Shown piece by piece: positions 1 through 8,274 of a DNA stretch of 20,000 nucleotides (the stretch's first letter is position 1; each line of letters begins with the position of its first letter). The stretch is taken from IMG/VR virus record IMGVR_UViG_3300035670_005636, one strand, 5' to 3'. The DNA is from an uncultured virus (IMG/VR IMGVR_UViG_3300035670_005636). Taxonomy: Duplodnaviria; Heunggongvirae; Uroviricota; Caudoviricetes. The position numbers and the translations under genes were made by a program. The notes under the pieces were generated by a model, which was given only the letters and a program-made list of their open reading frames with translations, ran no database searches and was not told the DNA's origin.

Positions 1-1
1 A

Positions 2-574
2 TTTGGCCTACAAATTGACGAACAGATTAATTTTGTCGTATCTCAAAGGCGATTTACTCAATCATTGAAAACGAGTCTCCTGACAGAATATGGATATAAC
101 CTAATTACCGAAGATGGAAACCAACTTTTGTATGATGTATCCGATGCATGGGACTACTCATCCATTCTTCGCCCAAGAGAAGGCGATTTGATTTGGATAC
201 CTATGATGGGATACATGTACGAAATTAAGTTTACAGAAAATATTGAGAACTTTTTTCCGCTAGGTAAACTCTACACTTATGAGATGAGATGTGACAGATA
301 CGAATACAGCAGCGAACGCATCGACACTGACGTTGCAGACATTGATGCGGTTGAAGATGACTTTTCAGAATCCACTGCACTCATTGATAATATTCTTCTT
401 GAAGACGCTGACCAGTTACTTACTGAAGACGGTACCATCCTGCTTCTTGAAGGTGAACACATTAAGACGGTCGATGCTGAATCCGATAACGATTACATTG
501 CTGATAAAATTCGTGACGATGATATCATTGATTTTTCAGAAACAAATCCATTCTCATTGGTTAGGGAGTTTTAA
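2..574 (+). CDS. gp14: Neck protein gp14 (5'-truncated by window edge)
   Basis: Frame is open from position 2 (FGLQIDEQINFVVSQRRF...). It has motifs RPREGDLIWIP, FFPLGKLYTYEMRCDRYEYSSE and C-terminal IIDFSETNPF typical of T4-like gp14, and lies immediately upstream of gp15. Confidence 0.9.
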   Translation, partial: FGLQIDEQINFVVSQRRFTQSLKTSLLTEYGYNLITEDGNQLLYDVSDAWDYSSILRPREGDLIWIPMMGYMYEIKFTENIENFFPLGKLYTYEMRCDRYEYSSERIDTDVADIDAVEDDFSESTALIDNILLEDADQLLTEDGTILLLEGEHIKTVDAESDNDYIADKIRDDDIIDFSETNPFSLVREF

Positions 575-576
575 TC

Positions 577-1302
577 ATGATGTTCGGGCATGATTTTTAT
601 CACGGTACACTGAGAAAGTACATTGTTATGTTTGGTAATTTGTTTAATGAACTTCAGATTGAACGTTATAATGACGGTGGCACCAAAATTCAAACACTCA
701 ATGTGCCAATTGCATACGGACCTAAAGCAAAATATATTGCACGGATCACTTCAGATCCTGATTTGAATCGTGAAATTTCTATCACATTACCGAGATTGTC
801 ATTTGAATTAACTGGTATAACTTATGCACCAGCAAGAAAGTTAAACACGGCAGTACGAATTAAAAAAGGTGTAGACACAGGCGGCACAGATTTTTCTGGA
901 ACATACGCACCAGTGCCATACGATATGGATTTTACTTTAAGCATCATGACTAAGTATGCTGAAGATGGTATCCAATTAGTTGAAAAGATTGTACCATTTT
1001 TTACACCAGATTTTACAGTCACAGTCAAAGCATTGCCTCAACTATCATTAAATTTAGATGTTCCAATTGAATTAAATAGTATTGCTTCAAATGATAGTTA
1101 TGAAGGTGATTTTGAAAGCAAACGTGTGATTACATGGGATCTAAGTTTTACTGTGAAAGGCTATCTATTTGGTCCTGTTACAAAAACTAAGTATATTACA
1201 AGTGCTGATGTTAATTTGAAATTTATTGAGAGTGAAGAACTCATATCATCATCTAGAACAACCGGCAATTCCAACTTTGATATTACAACGACACTATCAT
1301 GA
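577..1302 (+). CDS. gp15: Tail terminator / proximal tail sheath stabiliser gp15
   Basis: FYHGTLRKYIVMFGNLFN, VPIAYGPK, ITLPRLSFE, PVPYDMDFTLSI, QLVEKIVPFFTP and WDLSFTVKGYLFGP motifs; synteny gp14-gp15-gp16. Confidence 0.93.
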   Translation: MMFGHDFYHGTLRKYIVMFGNLFNELQIERYNDGGTKIQTLNVPIAYGPKAKYIARITSDPDLNREISITLPRLSFELTGITYAPARKLNTAVRIKKGVDTGGTDFSGTYAPVPYDMDFTLSIMTKYAEDGIQLVEKIVPFFTPDFTVTVKALPQLSLNLDVPIELNSIASNDSYEGDFESKRVITWDLSFTVKGYLFGPVTKTKYITSADVNLKFIESEELISSSRTTGNSNFDITTTLS

Positions 1303-1706
1303 AAAAACCAGTTGATGAAAAAATAAGTGATGCATTAGACATTCCTTATATTGAAAGTAATCCTAAAGAATATCCTGTCACACCTGTTGTGGAAAAACAG
1401 AATGATTCGATTGACGATGACTTTGAATATGCTCGGGACAATCTTCGCCACTTTATTGAGCGTGGTAAAGAGGCTATGGAAGATGCTCTTTATCTGGCCA
1501 AAGACGTAGAATCTCCTAGAGCATTTGAAGTTGTCGGACAACTCATTAAAACTTTAGCAGAAACAAATAAAGATTTATTAGAACTTTCCAAGAAAGTCAA
1601 AGAAATCAAACACAAAGAAGAAGACAAGCAACCAAGTCATGTCACAAATGCTTTGTTTGTAGGCAGCACAGCAGAGTTACAAAAATTGCTCAAAGGTAAT
1701 GGCTAA
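1299..1706 (+). CDS. gp16: Terminase small subunit gp16
   Basis: DFEYARDNL, SPRAFEVVGQLIK and VTNALFVGSTAELQKLLK motifs; ATGA overlap with gp15; precedes the large terminase. Confidence 0.93.
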   Translation: MKKPVDEKISDALDIPYIESNPKEYPVTPVVEKQNDSIDDDFEYARDNLRHFIERGKEAMEDALYLAKDVESPRAFEVVGQLIKTLAETNKDLLELSKKVKEIKHKEEDKQPSHVTNALFVGSTAELQKLLKGNG

Positions 1707-3345
1707 GAAAATTTATTTAGGAAACCCGCTCCTCAAAGCAGCAGGTGTTTCAGTACCATTTACAAAAGAGAACATTGAAGAATATCTCAAGTGTTCAGGA
1801 GACTACATTTACTTTATTGAAAAGTATTGTAAAATTGTAACGCTAGATTATGGTTTGCAGCCATTTAATCTTTACGATTGTCAGAAAGAAAAACTGGATA
1901 TAATTCATAACAATCGAAAAGTCATTCTAATGGAGCCACGCCAGCAAGGTAAGACTACAACTTCAGCAGCATACATTCTATGGTACACACTCTTTCAAGG
2001 TAGCAAGACGGTTGCGATTCTTGCAAACAAAGCGACAGCAGCACGAGAAGTTTTAGCACGTTATCAACTCATGTACGAACATCTTCCGCAGTGGTTGCAG
2101 CAAGGTGTCAAGACATGGAACAAAGGTGACATTGCACTTGAAAATGGATCAATTGTTTTCACAGCAGCAACAAGTCGCCAAGGTATTCGTGGTAAGTCTG
2201 TTAATTTATTGTATGTTGACGAAACAGCAATCATACCAAATAATATAGCGGAAGAATTCTTTACAGCAGTCTCGCCAACCATTTCTGCTGGCTCTACAAC
2301 CAAAATTCTATTATCTTCTACACCTCTTGGATATAATCACTTCTGGAAATTCTGGAATGATGCTGAAAAGAAAAGAAACGATTTCGTACCATTGTTTATA
2401 CCATACTGGAAGATTCCTGGGCGTGATGAGAAATGGGCTGAAGAACAGCGCAGACAGTTGGGTAATCTTAAGTTTAATCAAGAGATTCTTTGTGCATTCT
2501 TGGGATCAAGTCTCACATTGATTGATTCAGATTCTATAGCACAAATGTCAGCAGGTAGTCCAATTTACAGCAAAGATGGATTAGACATTTACGATAAAGT
2601 AGAACGTGATCATTCTTATGTGTTAGTTGCAGACGTTGCTAAAGGTGTTGGCGGAGACTATTCAGCATTTACGGTGCTTGATGTATCTGAAATGCCTTAT
2701 CGCCAAGTCGGTAAGTTCAGAGACAATACAATCAGCCCGTTATTGTATCCTTCTATGATTTATAAAGTTGCAAAAGAATATAACAATGCTTGGGTGCTGA
2801 TTGAAACCAACACATCCGAACAAGTAGCAGAAATTCTACATAGCGAATATGAATATGATAACATTATATTTGTTAACCGAACATCACAAGGTCAAGTTGT
2901 TTCAGGTGGATTTGGTGGTGGCAAGACTCAATTAGGTGTGAATACAGACAAAAAAGTAAAACGAATTGGTTGCATGAACTTTAAATCACTTGTAGAAGGT
3001 AAGAAGATGTTGATTCAGGATGCAGATACCATTGCGGAAATTTCAACATTCATTGAACGAAAAAATAGTTACAGTGCAGACGAAGGCTATCACGATGATT
3101 TAGTCATGCCTCTGGTACTTTTTTCTTGGCTTACAACGAACCCTTATTTTAAAGAACTGACGAATACCAATATAAGAAAAGAATTATACGAACAGAGAAT
3201 GAAAGCAATTGAAGATGAGGTGACTCCTTTTGGTATTATTGATGATGGTAGGGAAGATTCTATGATAATAGATGGTTCAGGGCAAGTCTGGCAAATTGAA
3301 AACGCTATGGATCGTCAGGAAAAAGAGTTTTTTATGAAACTGTAA
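1699..3345 (+). CDS. gp17: Terminase large subunit gp17
   Basis: YLGNPLLK N-terminus, Walker A PRQQGKTT, Walker B LLYVDE, STPLGYNHF coupling motif, nuclease motifs ADVAKGVGGDYS and HDDLVM; uninterrupted. Confidence 0.97.
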   Translation: MAKKIYLGNPLLKAAGVSVPFTKENIEEYLKCSGDYIYFIEKYCKIVTLDYGLQPFNLYDCQKEKLDIIHNNRKVILMEPRQQGKTTTSAAYILWYTLFQGSKTVAILANKATAAREVLARYQLMYEHLPQWLQQGVKTWNKGDIALENGSIVFTAATSRQGIRGKSVNLLYVDETAIIPNNIAEEFFTAVSPTISAGSTTKILLSSTPLGYNHFWKFWNDAEKKRNDFVPLFIPYWKIPGRDEKWAEEQRRQLGNLKFNQEILCAFLGSSLTLIDSDSIAQMSAGSPIYSKDGLDIYDKVERDHSYVLVADVAKGVGGDYSAFTVLDVSEMPYRQVGKFRDNTISPLLYPSMIYKVAKEYNNAWVLIETNTSEQVAEILHSEYEYDNIIFVNRTSQGQVVSGGFGGGKTQLGVNTDKKVKRIGCMNFKSLVEGKKMLIQDADTIAEISTFIERKNSYSADEGYHDDLVMPLVLFSWLTTNPYFKELTNTNIRKELYEQRMKAIEDEVTPFGIIDDGREDSMIIDGSGQVWQIENAMDRQEKEFFMKL

Positions 3346-3356
3346 AACTCGATTTT

Positions 3357-3364
3357 TATAAATA
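3357..3364 (+). promoter_or_regulatory. T4-type late promoter (gp55-dependent) for gp18
   Basis: Exact TATAAATA in the gp17-gp18 intergenic region; SD AAGGAG follows before ATG 3422. Confidence 0.85.
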
Positions 3365-3421
3365 AATTCAAAATGATCGTAAGATTGATAGAACATCATT
3401 ATAAAAACAAGGAGAATATAA

Positions 3422-5317
3422 ATGGCAATTAGCTTAATTTCACCTGGAATTAAAATCACAGAGAGAGATTTTATTTCAGTTGCGCCAACTGGAGGTACAT
3501 CTGCAGGTGCGTTTGCCGGTCAATTTCGTTGGGGTCCAGTCGAAGAAAGAGTCCAAGTTCCAAGCGAAAACGAACTTGTAGTTAGATTTGGAAAACCAAA
3601 TGCAACAAACGTTGTTGATTTTTTATCAGCAGCAAACTTCCTCAGTTATTCAGCAAACCTTTATGTTGTTCGTGTAGCAAACACCGCTCTAAATGCTACA
3701 GCATCAAATACAACAGCAGACTCAGCAAATGCTGGCACCGGTGTTTTGATCAAAAACCGTGACACTTATGATGCAACAGCATCTTTTGATAACGGTCCTT
3801 GGGCAGCAAGATGTGCTGGAGCATTAGGAAATTCTCTCAAAGTTTCTCTATGCCCATCCGCAACTGCTTGGTCATCAAGTTTAACAGGAACATTTACTGT
3901 ATCAGCAGGTACGACAGCGGTTGTAGGATCAGGTTCAGCAGCGAACACCGAACTTCGTGTTGGTGATTATTTCGTTGCAGGTGGTCGTTCACTTAAAGTT
4001 GCTTCTATTACAAACACCACACACTTCACGCTTGCAACAGCACATCCTGATGGTGTATCAGCAGGCTCATCAGCAACACGCCGTTGGGAATACTATGATG
4101 AATTCTCAGATGCACCAGGAACTTCAGCGGATGCGACACTTAAGGGTGCAACAAATGATGAATTGCATGTTGTTGTAGTTGACGAAGATGGTCAATTTAC
4201 AAACACACCAGGTTTAGTTCTTGAAAAATTTGAAGGTCTTTCTAAAGGATCTGATGCAAGATCACCTGATGGTGGTGGTAATTACTACAAAGACATCATC
4301 AACAATACATCAAAGTATATTTGGTGGACTGATCATGATAATGCAGGATCAAATTGGGGTACCGCTCTACTAGGTGTAACATACACGGCAGTTACAGTTC
4401 CTAAAACATATAGTCTTGCTGGTGGTTCAGATGGCAATGCACTTACAAATGGTGATCGTTTAATCGGTTATGATTTGTTTGAAAGTAAAGATACCGTATC
4501 AATTTCAGCAGTCATTGCAGGCCAAGCAGCAAATACGGTAGTCAATACATTGATTGCTGATTTAGGCGAAGCAAGAAGAGATTGTGTTGTATGTTTTTCA
4601 CCACCTAGAACAGCAGTAGTAAACAATGCAGGTAGCGAAACTTCAGCAATTGAAACATGGGCAGGATCAATCACACGTTCTACATACGGTGTTGCAGACA
4701 GCGGTTGGAAATATCAATATGATCGTTATAACGATACATATGTTTATGTACCATTGAACGCAGACGTTGCAGGATGTATTGCAAGAAATGATAACATTCG
4801 TGATCCTTGGGTTTCACCAGCAGGCATTACAAATGGTGTTATCAACAATGCAATCAAACTTTCATGGAATCCAAATCAATTAAATAGAGATGCACTCTAC
4901 AAGATTGGTGTAAATCCTGTTATCAATCAGACAGCGAGAGGAACAATTCTCTATGGTGACAAGACTTTTATTACAAAAGCGCAGTCACTAAGCAGAGTAA
5001 ATGTTCGCAAACTTTTCATTGAATTACAGAAAACAATCGGTGCAACAGCAGAAAATATTCTGTTCGAACAGAATGATGCGAGAACAAGAGCAACATTTGT
5101 GAATCTTGTAACACCTTACTTAAGAACTGTAAAAGCAAGAAGAGGTGTTGTAGACTTTAGAGTTATCTGTAATGAAACAAATAACACTGAAGACATCGTA
5201 AATGCTAACGGCTTTGTCGCTGACATCTTTGTTCAACCAATCGGATCAATCAACTTTATTCAATTGAATTTTGTTTCTGTTAGAGGCACCGCCGCTTTCG
5301 CTGAAATTGGCGCCTAA
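3422..5317 (+). CDS. gp18: Contractile tail sheath protein gp18
   Basis: LISPGIKITERD, GAFAGQFRWGP, FLSAANFLSY, DSGWKYQYDRYND, PWVSPAG, RVNVRKLF and SINFIQLNFV motifs. Confidence 0.97.
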   Translation: MAISLISPGIKITERDFISVAPTGGTSAGAFAGQFRWGPVEERVQVPSENELVVRFGKPNATNVVDFLSAANFLSYSANLYVVRVANTALNATASNTTADSANAGTGVLIKNRDTYDATASFDNGPWAARCAGALGNSLKVSLCPSATAWSSSLTGTFTVSAGTTAVVGSGSAANTELRVGDYFVAGGRSLKVASITNTTHFTLATAHPDGVSAGSSATRRWEYYDEFSDAPGTSADATLKGATNDELHVVVVDEDGQFTNTPGLVLEKFEGLSKGSDARSPDGGGNYYKDIINNTSKYIWWTDHDNAGSNWGTALLGVTYTAVTVPKTYSLAGGSDGNALTNGDRLIGYDLFESKDTVSISAVIAGQAANTVVNTLIADLGEARRDCVVCFSPPRTAVVNNAGSETSAIETWAGSITRSTYGVADSGWKYQYDRYNDTYVYVPLNADVAGCIARNDNIRDPWVSPAGITNGVINNAIKLSWNPNQLNRDALYKIGVNPVINQTARGTILYGDKTFITKAQSLSRVNVRKLFIELQKTIGATAENILFEQNDARTRATFVNLVTPYLRTVKARRGVVDFRVICNETNNTEDIVNANGFVADIFVQPIGSINFIQLNFVSVRGTAAFAEIGA

Positions 5318-5320
5318 ATA
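5313..5320 (+). promoter_or_regulatory. Probable variant late promoter (CCTAAATA) for the tail tube genes
   Basis: TAAATA core overlaps the gp18 stop codon and ends 23 nt before the gp19 ATG, with SD AAGGAG in between. Confidence 0.55.
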
Positions 5321-5343
5321 GAAATTGAATAAAGGAGAATAAA

Positions 5344-5898
5344 ATGGCATTTACAATTGAAGAATTCAGAAAGGCACTAGGAGCAGGTTCACGTCCGAAC
5401 CTGTTTTTAGTCAAAGTAACAGCACCAGAGGGTTATGATTTTGATGGATTTGAATATGTTTGCCGTGCAGCGTCATTACCTTCGTCTACAATAGGACTCA
5501 TTGATATTCCAATGAATGGTGGTAGAAGACTGAAAATGGGTGGTGCACGACAGTTTACGGAATGGACAACAACCGTGTTGAATGATGAGAATTTTTATAT
5601 TCGATCAAGACTTGAACAGTGGCAAGCAGATTTAGCAAAAACAAACTTTAATTTATTAACAGTTGGTAATAGAACTGTTGGAGAAGGAACTATTGTTAGT
5701 GGCACAGTTGAAGTTTATCAACTCAATGCGGATGGTGAAACCGTAGGCGATCAAACTGAATATAAACTCATTAATTGCTGGCCGAGTGATCTATCAACTT
5801 TAGATTTGTCGTATGATTCAGTAGACGTTGTTGAAGAATTTACTGTGACTTGGACATATGATTATTATTTACAGGGCGATAACGCCGCACTATCATAA
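5344..5898 (+). CDS. gp19: Tail tube protein gp19, paralogue A
   Basis: GSRPNLF, CRAASLPSSTIG, WTTTVLNDENF, WPSDLSTLDLSYDS and VEEFTVTWTYDYY motifs; directly after gp18. Confidence 0.88.
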   Translation: MAFTIEEFRKALGAGSRPNLFLVKVTAPEGYDFDGFEYVCRAASLPSSTIGLIDIPMNGGRRLKMGGARQFTEWTTTVLNDENFYIRSRLEQWQADLAKTNFNLLTVGNRTVGEGTIVSGTVEVYQLNADGETVGDQTEYKLINCWPSDLSTLDLSYDSVDVVEEFTVTWTYDYYLQGDNAALS

Positions 5899-5910
5899 AA
5901 GGAAATTAAT

Positions 5911-6522
5911 ATGGCCCTTTCAACAATTGCTAATTTAAGAAGTCAGTTAGGCATAGGTTCAAGACCCAATCTATTTGAAATAGAATTTCATTGGCCAAGT
6001 GCTTTATCACAAAGTGCGCCATCATCAATTCTAGACCAATCATTATATCTTTGTAAGGCTGCTGCAATTCCTGCATTTACGATTGGAGTAATTGAAGTTC
6101 CTTATCGTGGCGGTAGAAGAATTAAAGTTCCTGGTGATAGATCATTTGGTGACTGGACAGCAACATTTATTTCCGATGATGTCCATGCTTTACGTGGAGC
6201 TTTTAAAGCATGGCTTGATTATATTGAATTAAATGACTTTAATGATGAAGCACTCAGACCTTCTGGTGGTGAAGGTTTTGATTATCTTGCGGATTTAACA
6301 GTAAAACATTTAAAACAAAACAGTGATATATCTAGATATTATAAACTTTTTGACTGTTTTCCTACGGATGTAAGTGCGATTGATTTATCATTTGATTCTA
6401 CTGATACGCTTTCAGAATTTACTGTAACGTTCCAGTATCATACAATGACTGCATCTTCAGCATCGACTCCAGATTCTGAAACCCAAGTCGATTCTGCGTC
6501 GGCAGTATCTCTAGCAACATAA
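5911..6522 (+). CDS. gp19: Tail tube protein gp19, paralogue B
   Basis: GSRPNLFEI, CKAAAIPAFTIGVIEVPYRG, KVPGDRSFGDWT, FPTDVSAIDLSFDS and SEFTVTFQY motifs; Ser/Ala-rich C-terminal tail. Confidence 0.88.
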   Translation: MALSTIANLRSQLGIGSRPNLFEIEFHWPSALSQSAPSSILDQSLYLCKAAAIPAFTIGVIEVPYRGGRRIKVPGDRSFGDWTATFISDDVHALRGAFKAWLDYIELNDFNDEALRPSGGEGFDYLADLTVKHLKQNSDISRYYKLFDCFPTDVSAIDLSFDSTDTLSEFTVTFQYHTMTASSASTPDSETQVDSASAVSLAT

Positions 6523-6540
6523 TTAAAACTTTTCGCAACG

Positions 6541-6548
6541 AATAAATA
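6541..6548 (+). promoter_or_regulatory. Late promoter variant AATAAATA for gp20, located in the loop of the CGCAAC/GTTGCG inverted repeat
   Basis: 7/8 match to TATAAATA; the only TAAATA motif in the gp19B-gp20 intergenic region. Confidence 0.65.
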
Positions 6549-6568
6549 GTTGCGTAATAGTTATCAAC

Positions 6569-6595
6569 AAAGGGAAGCTATTACGCTTCCCTTTT
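6569..6595 (+). terminator. Intrinsic terminator hairpin after the gp19 pair
   Basis: AAAGGGAAGC-TATTAC-GCTTCCCTTT(T): 10-bp perfect stem ending in a T-run. Confidence 0.75.
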
Positions 6596-6615
6596 ACATT
6601 TAATAAGAGAGAAAA

Positions 6616-8274
6616 ATGGCCATAAAGTTATTTGGTTTTAAAATTGGAAAAGATGAGCCAGAACAATCGCAACCGCAGTCGTTTGTTCCTAAAGCTGAAG
6701 ATGATGGCGCAGTTGCCATATCAGCGGGTGGTGTTTATGGAACTTATGTTGACTTAGAAGGTCAGATACGATCCGACTCTGAACTTATCAATAAGTACCG
6801 TGAAATGTCATTGCAGCCAGAATGTGATTTAGCCATTGATGACATTGTAAACGAAGCAATTGTATACGAAGAGCATAAGTATCCTGTTGAAATTGTTCTA
6901 GATGAACTCAAACAACCTGAGTCAATCAAAAAGAAAATTCGTGATGAATATTCACACATTATGAAACTTCTTGATTTCAATAACATGGGATATGATATCT
7001 TTCGCCGTTGGTACATTGATGGTCGGTTATACTATCATATGATTATTGATGAAAAGAATCCACGATTAGGTCTTCGTGAGATCCGATACATTGATCCACG
7101 AAAGATTCGCAAAGTGCGTGAATCCGTCAAGAAGAAAGATCCAACTGGTGTTGCACAGATTTATACTAAACCTAATGAGTATTATATTTTTTCAGACAAA
7201 GGTTTTGCAAAAGATGGTGCACAGGGTCTTAAGATAGCAGCAGATTCGGTATGTTATGTTCATTGCGGTCAGTTTGACAAAGATGGTAAAGTTGTTATAT
7301 CGCATCTTCATAAAGCAATCAAGCCACTCAATCAATTAAGAATGCTTGAAGATGCTACAGTCATTTATAGAATTTCAAGAGCACCTGAACGAAGAATCTT
7401 TTACATTGATGTTGGTAATTTACCAAAAATGAAAGCAGAGCAATATCTCCGTGAGATGATGCAAAAATATAAGAACAAACTTGTATATGATGCTCAGACA
7501 GGTGAGATTCGTGATGATAGAAGATTTCAGACGATGCTTGAAGATTTTTGGTTACCACGAAGAGAAGGTGGTAAAGGTACAGAAATCTCTACACTTGCAG
7601 GTGGTCAAAACTTAGGCGAGATTGAAGACGTTCTATATTTTCAAAAGAAACTTTATAAATCATTGAACGTACCAATTTCAAGATTAGAGTCGGACCAAGG
7701 TTTCTCTTTAGGTCGTGCAAGTGAAATCTCCAGAGATGAAATCAAGTTTTCAAAATTCGTATCAAGATTACGTTTACGCTTTACACATTTGTTTGATAAA
7801 CTTTTGGAAACACAATTACTTCTAAAAGGTGTATGTACCAGAGCAGAATGGCTTCAACTCAAAGAAGAAATCAATTATGATTTTATTTCTGATTCATATT
7901 TTGTAGAACTTAAACAATCTGAAATTATGAAAGATAGACTTGGATTGTTGGGTGAAATTGATCCGTATGTGGGCAAATATTTTTCCGTTGCTTATATTCG
8001 CAAGAACATTCTTCGGCAGTCTGAAGATGAAATTAAAGACATGGACAAAGAAATGGAAGAAGACAAAGCAAATATGGAAGATGAACCAATGGAGCCACCG
8101 CAACCTGCTCCACCTCCACCACCTCCACAAGAAGTTGTCGTGAGTGTAAAGAAAGAGGAATATAGTTCTAATAACACATTTGATGATACAGACCAAAAAG
8201 AGTTAGCTAAATCTATGACACGTTTTTTTGAAACACTAACTGAAGAGACAAAGAGTGAGCGAGGAGAAAAGTAA
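6616..8274 (+). CDS. gp20: Portal vertex protein gp20
   Basis: KLFGFKI, FRRWYIDGRLYYH, LRMLEDATVIYRISRAPERRIFYIDVGNLPK and MLEDFWLPRREGGKGTEISTL motifs; extended acidic/poly-Pro C-terminus. Confidence 0.97.
   Translation: MAIKLFGFKIGKDEPEQSQPQSFVPKAEDDGAVAISAGGVYGTYVDLEGQIRSDSELINKYREMSLQPECDLAIDDIVNEAIVYEEHKYPVEIVLDELKQPESIKKKIRDEYSHIMKLLDFNNMGYDIFRRWYIDGRLYYHMIIDEKNPRLGLREIRYIDPRKIRKVRESVKKKDPTGVAQIYTKPNEYYIFSDKGFAKDGAQGLKIAADSVCYVHCGQFDKDGKVVISHLHKAIKPLNQLRMLEDATVIYRISRAPERRIFYIDVGNLPKMKAEQYLREMMQKYKNKLVYDAQTGEIRDDRRFQTMLEDFWLPRREGGKGTEISTLAGGQNLGEIEDVLYFQKKLYKSLNVPISRLESDQGFSLGRASEISRDEIKFSKFVSRLRLRFTHLFDKLLETQLLLKGVCTRAEWLQLKEEINYDFISDSYFVELKQSEIMKDRLGLLGEIDPYVGKYFSVAYIRKNILRQSEDEIKDMDKEMEEDKANMEDEPMEPPQPAPPPPPPQEVVVSVKKEEYSSNNTFDDTDQKELAKSMTRFFETLTEETKSERGEK

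Noticed and set aside
65..67. TTG start for gp14
   Set aside because: The frame is open to the window edge with gp14-like sequence; the real start is upstream of the window.
1699..3345. Intron/intein or homing endonuclease in terminase (also checked portal, capsid and uvsW)
   Set aside because: All have normal length and contiguous motifs; no insertion is visible.
3372..3400. Short leader hairpins after late promoters (AATGAT/ATCATT here; also 9754-9770, 13167-13182, 13986-14004)
   Set aside because: The stems are only 4-6 bp and AT-rich, as expected by chance; they could be 5' stabilisers but cannot be supported.
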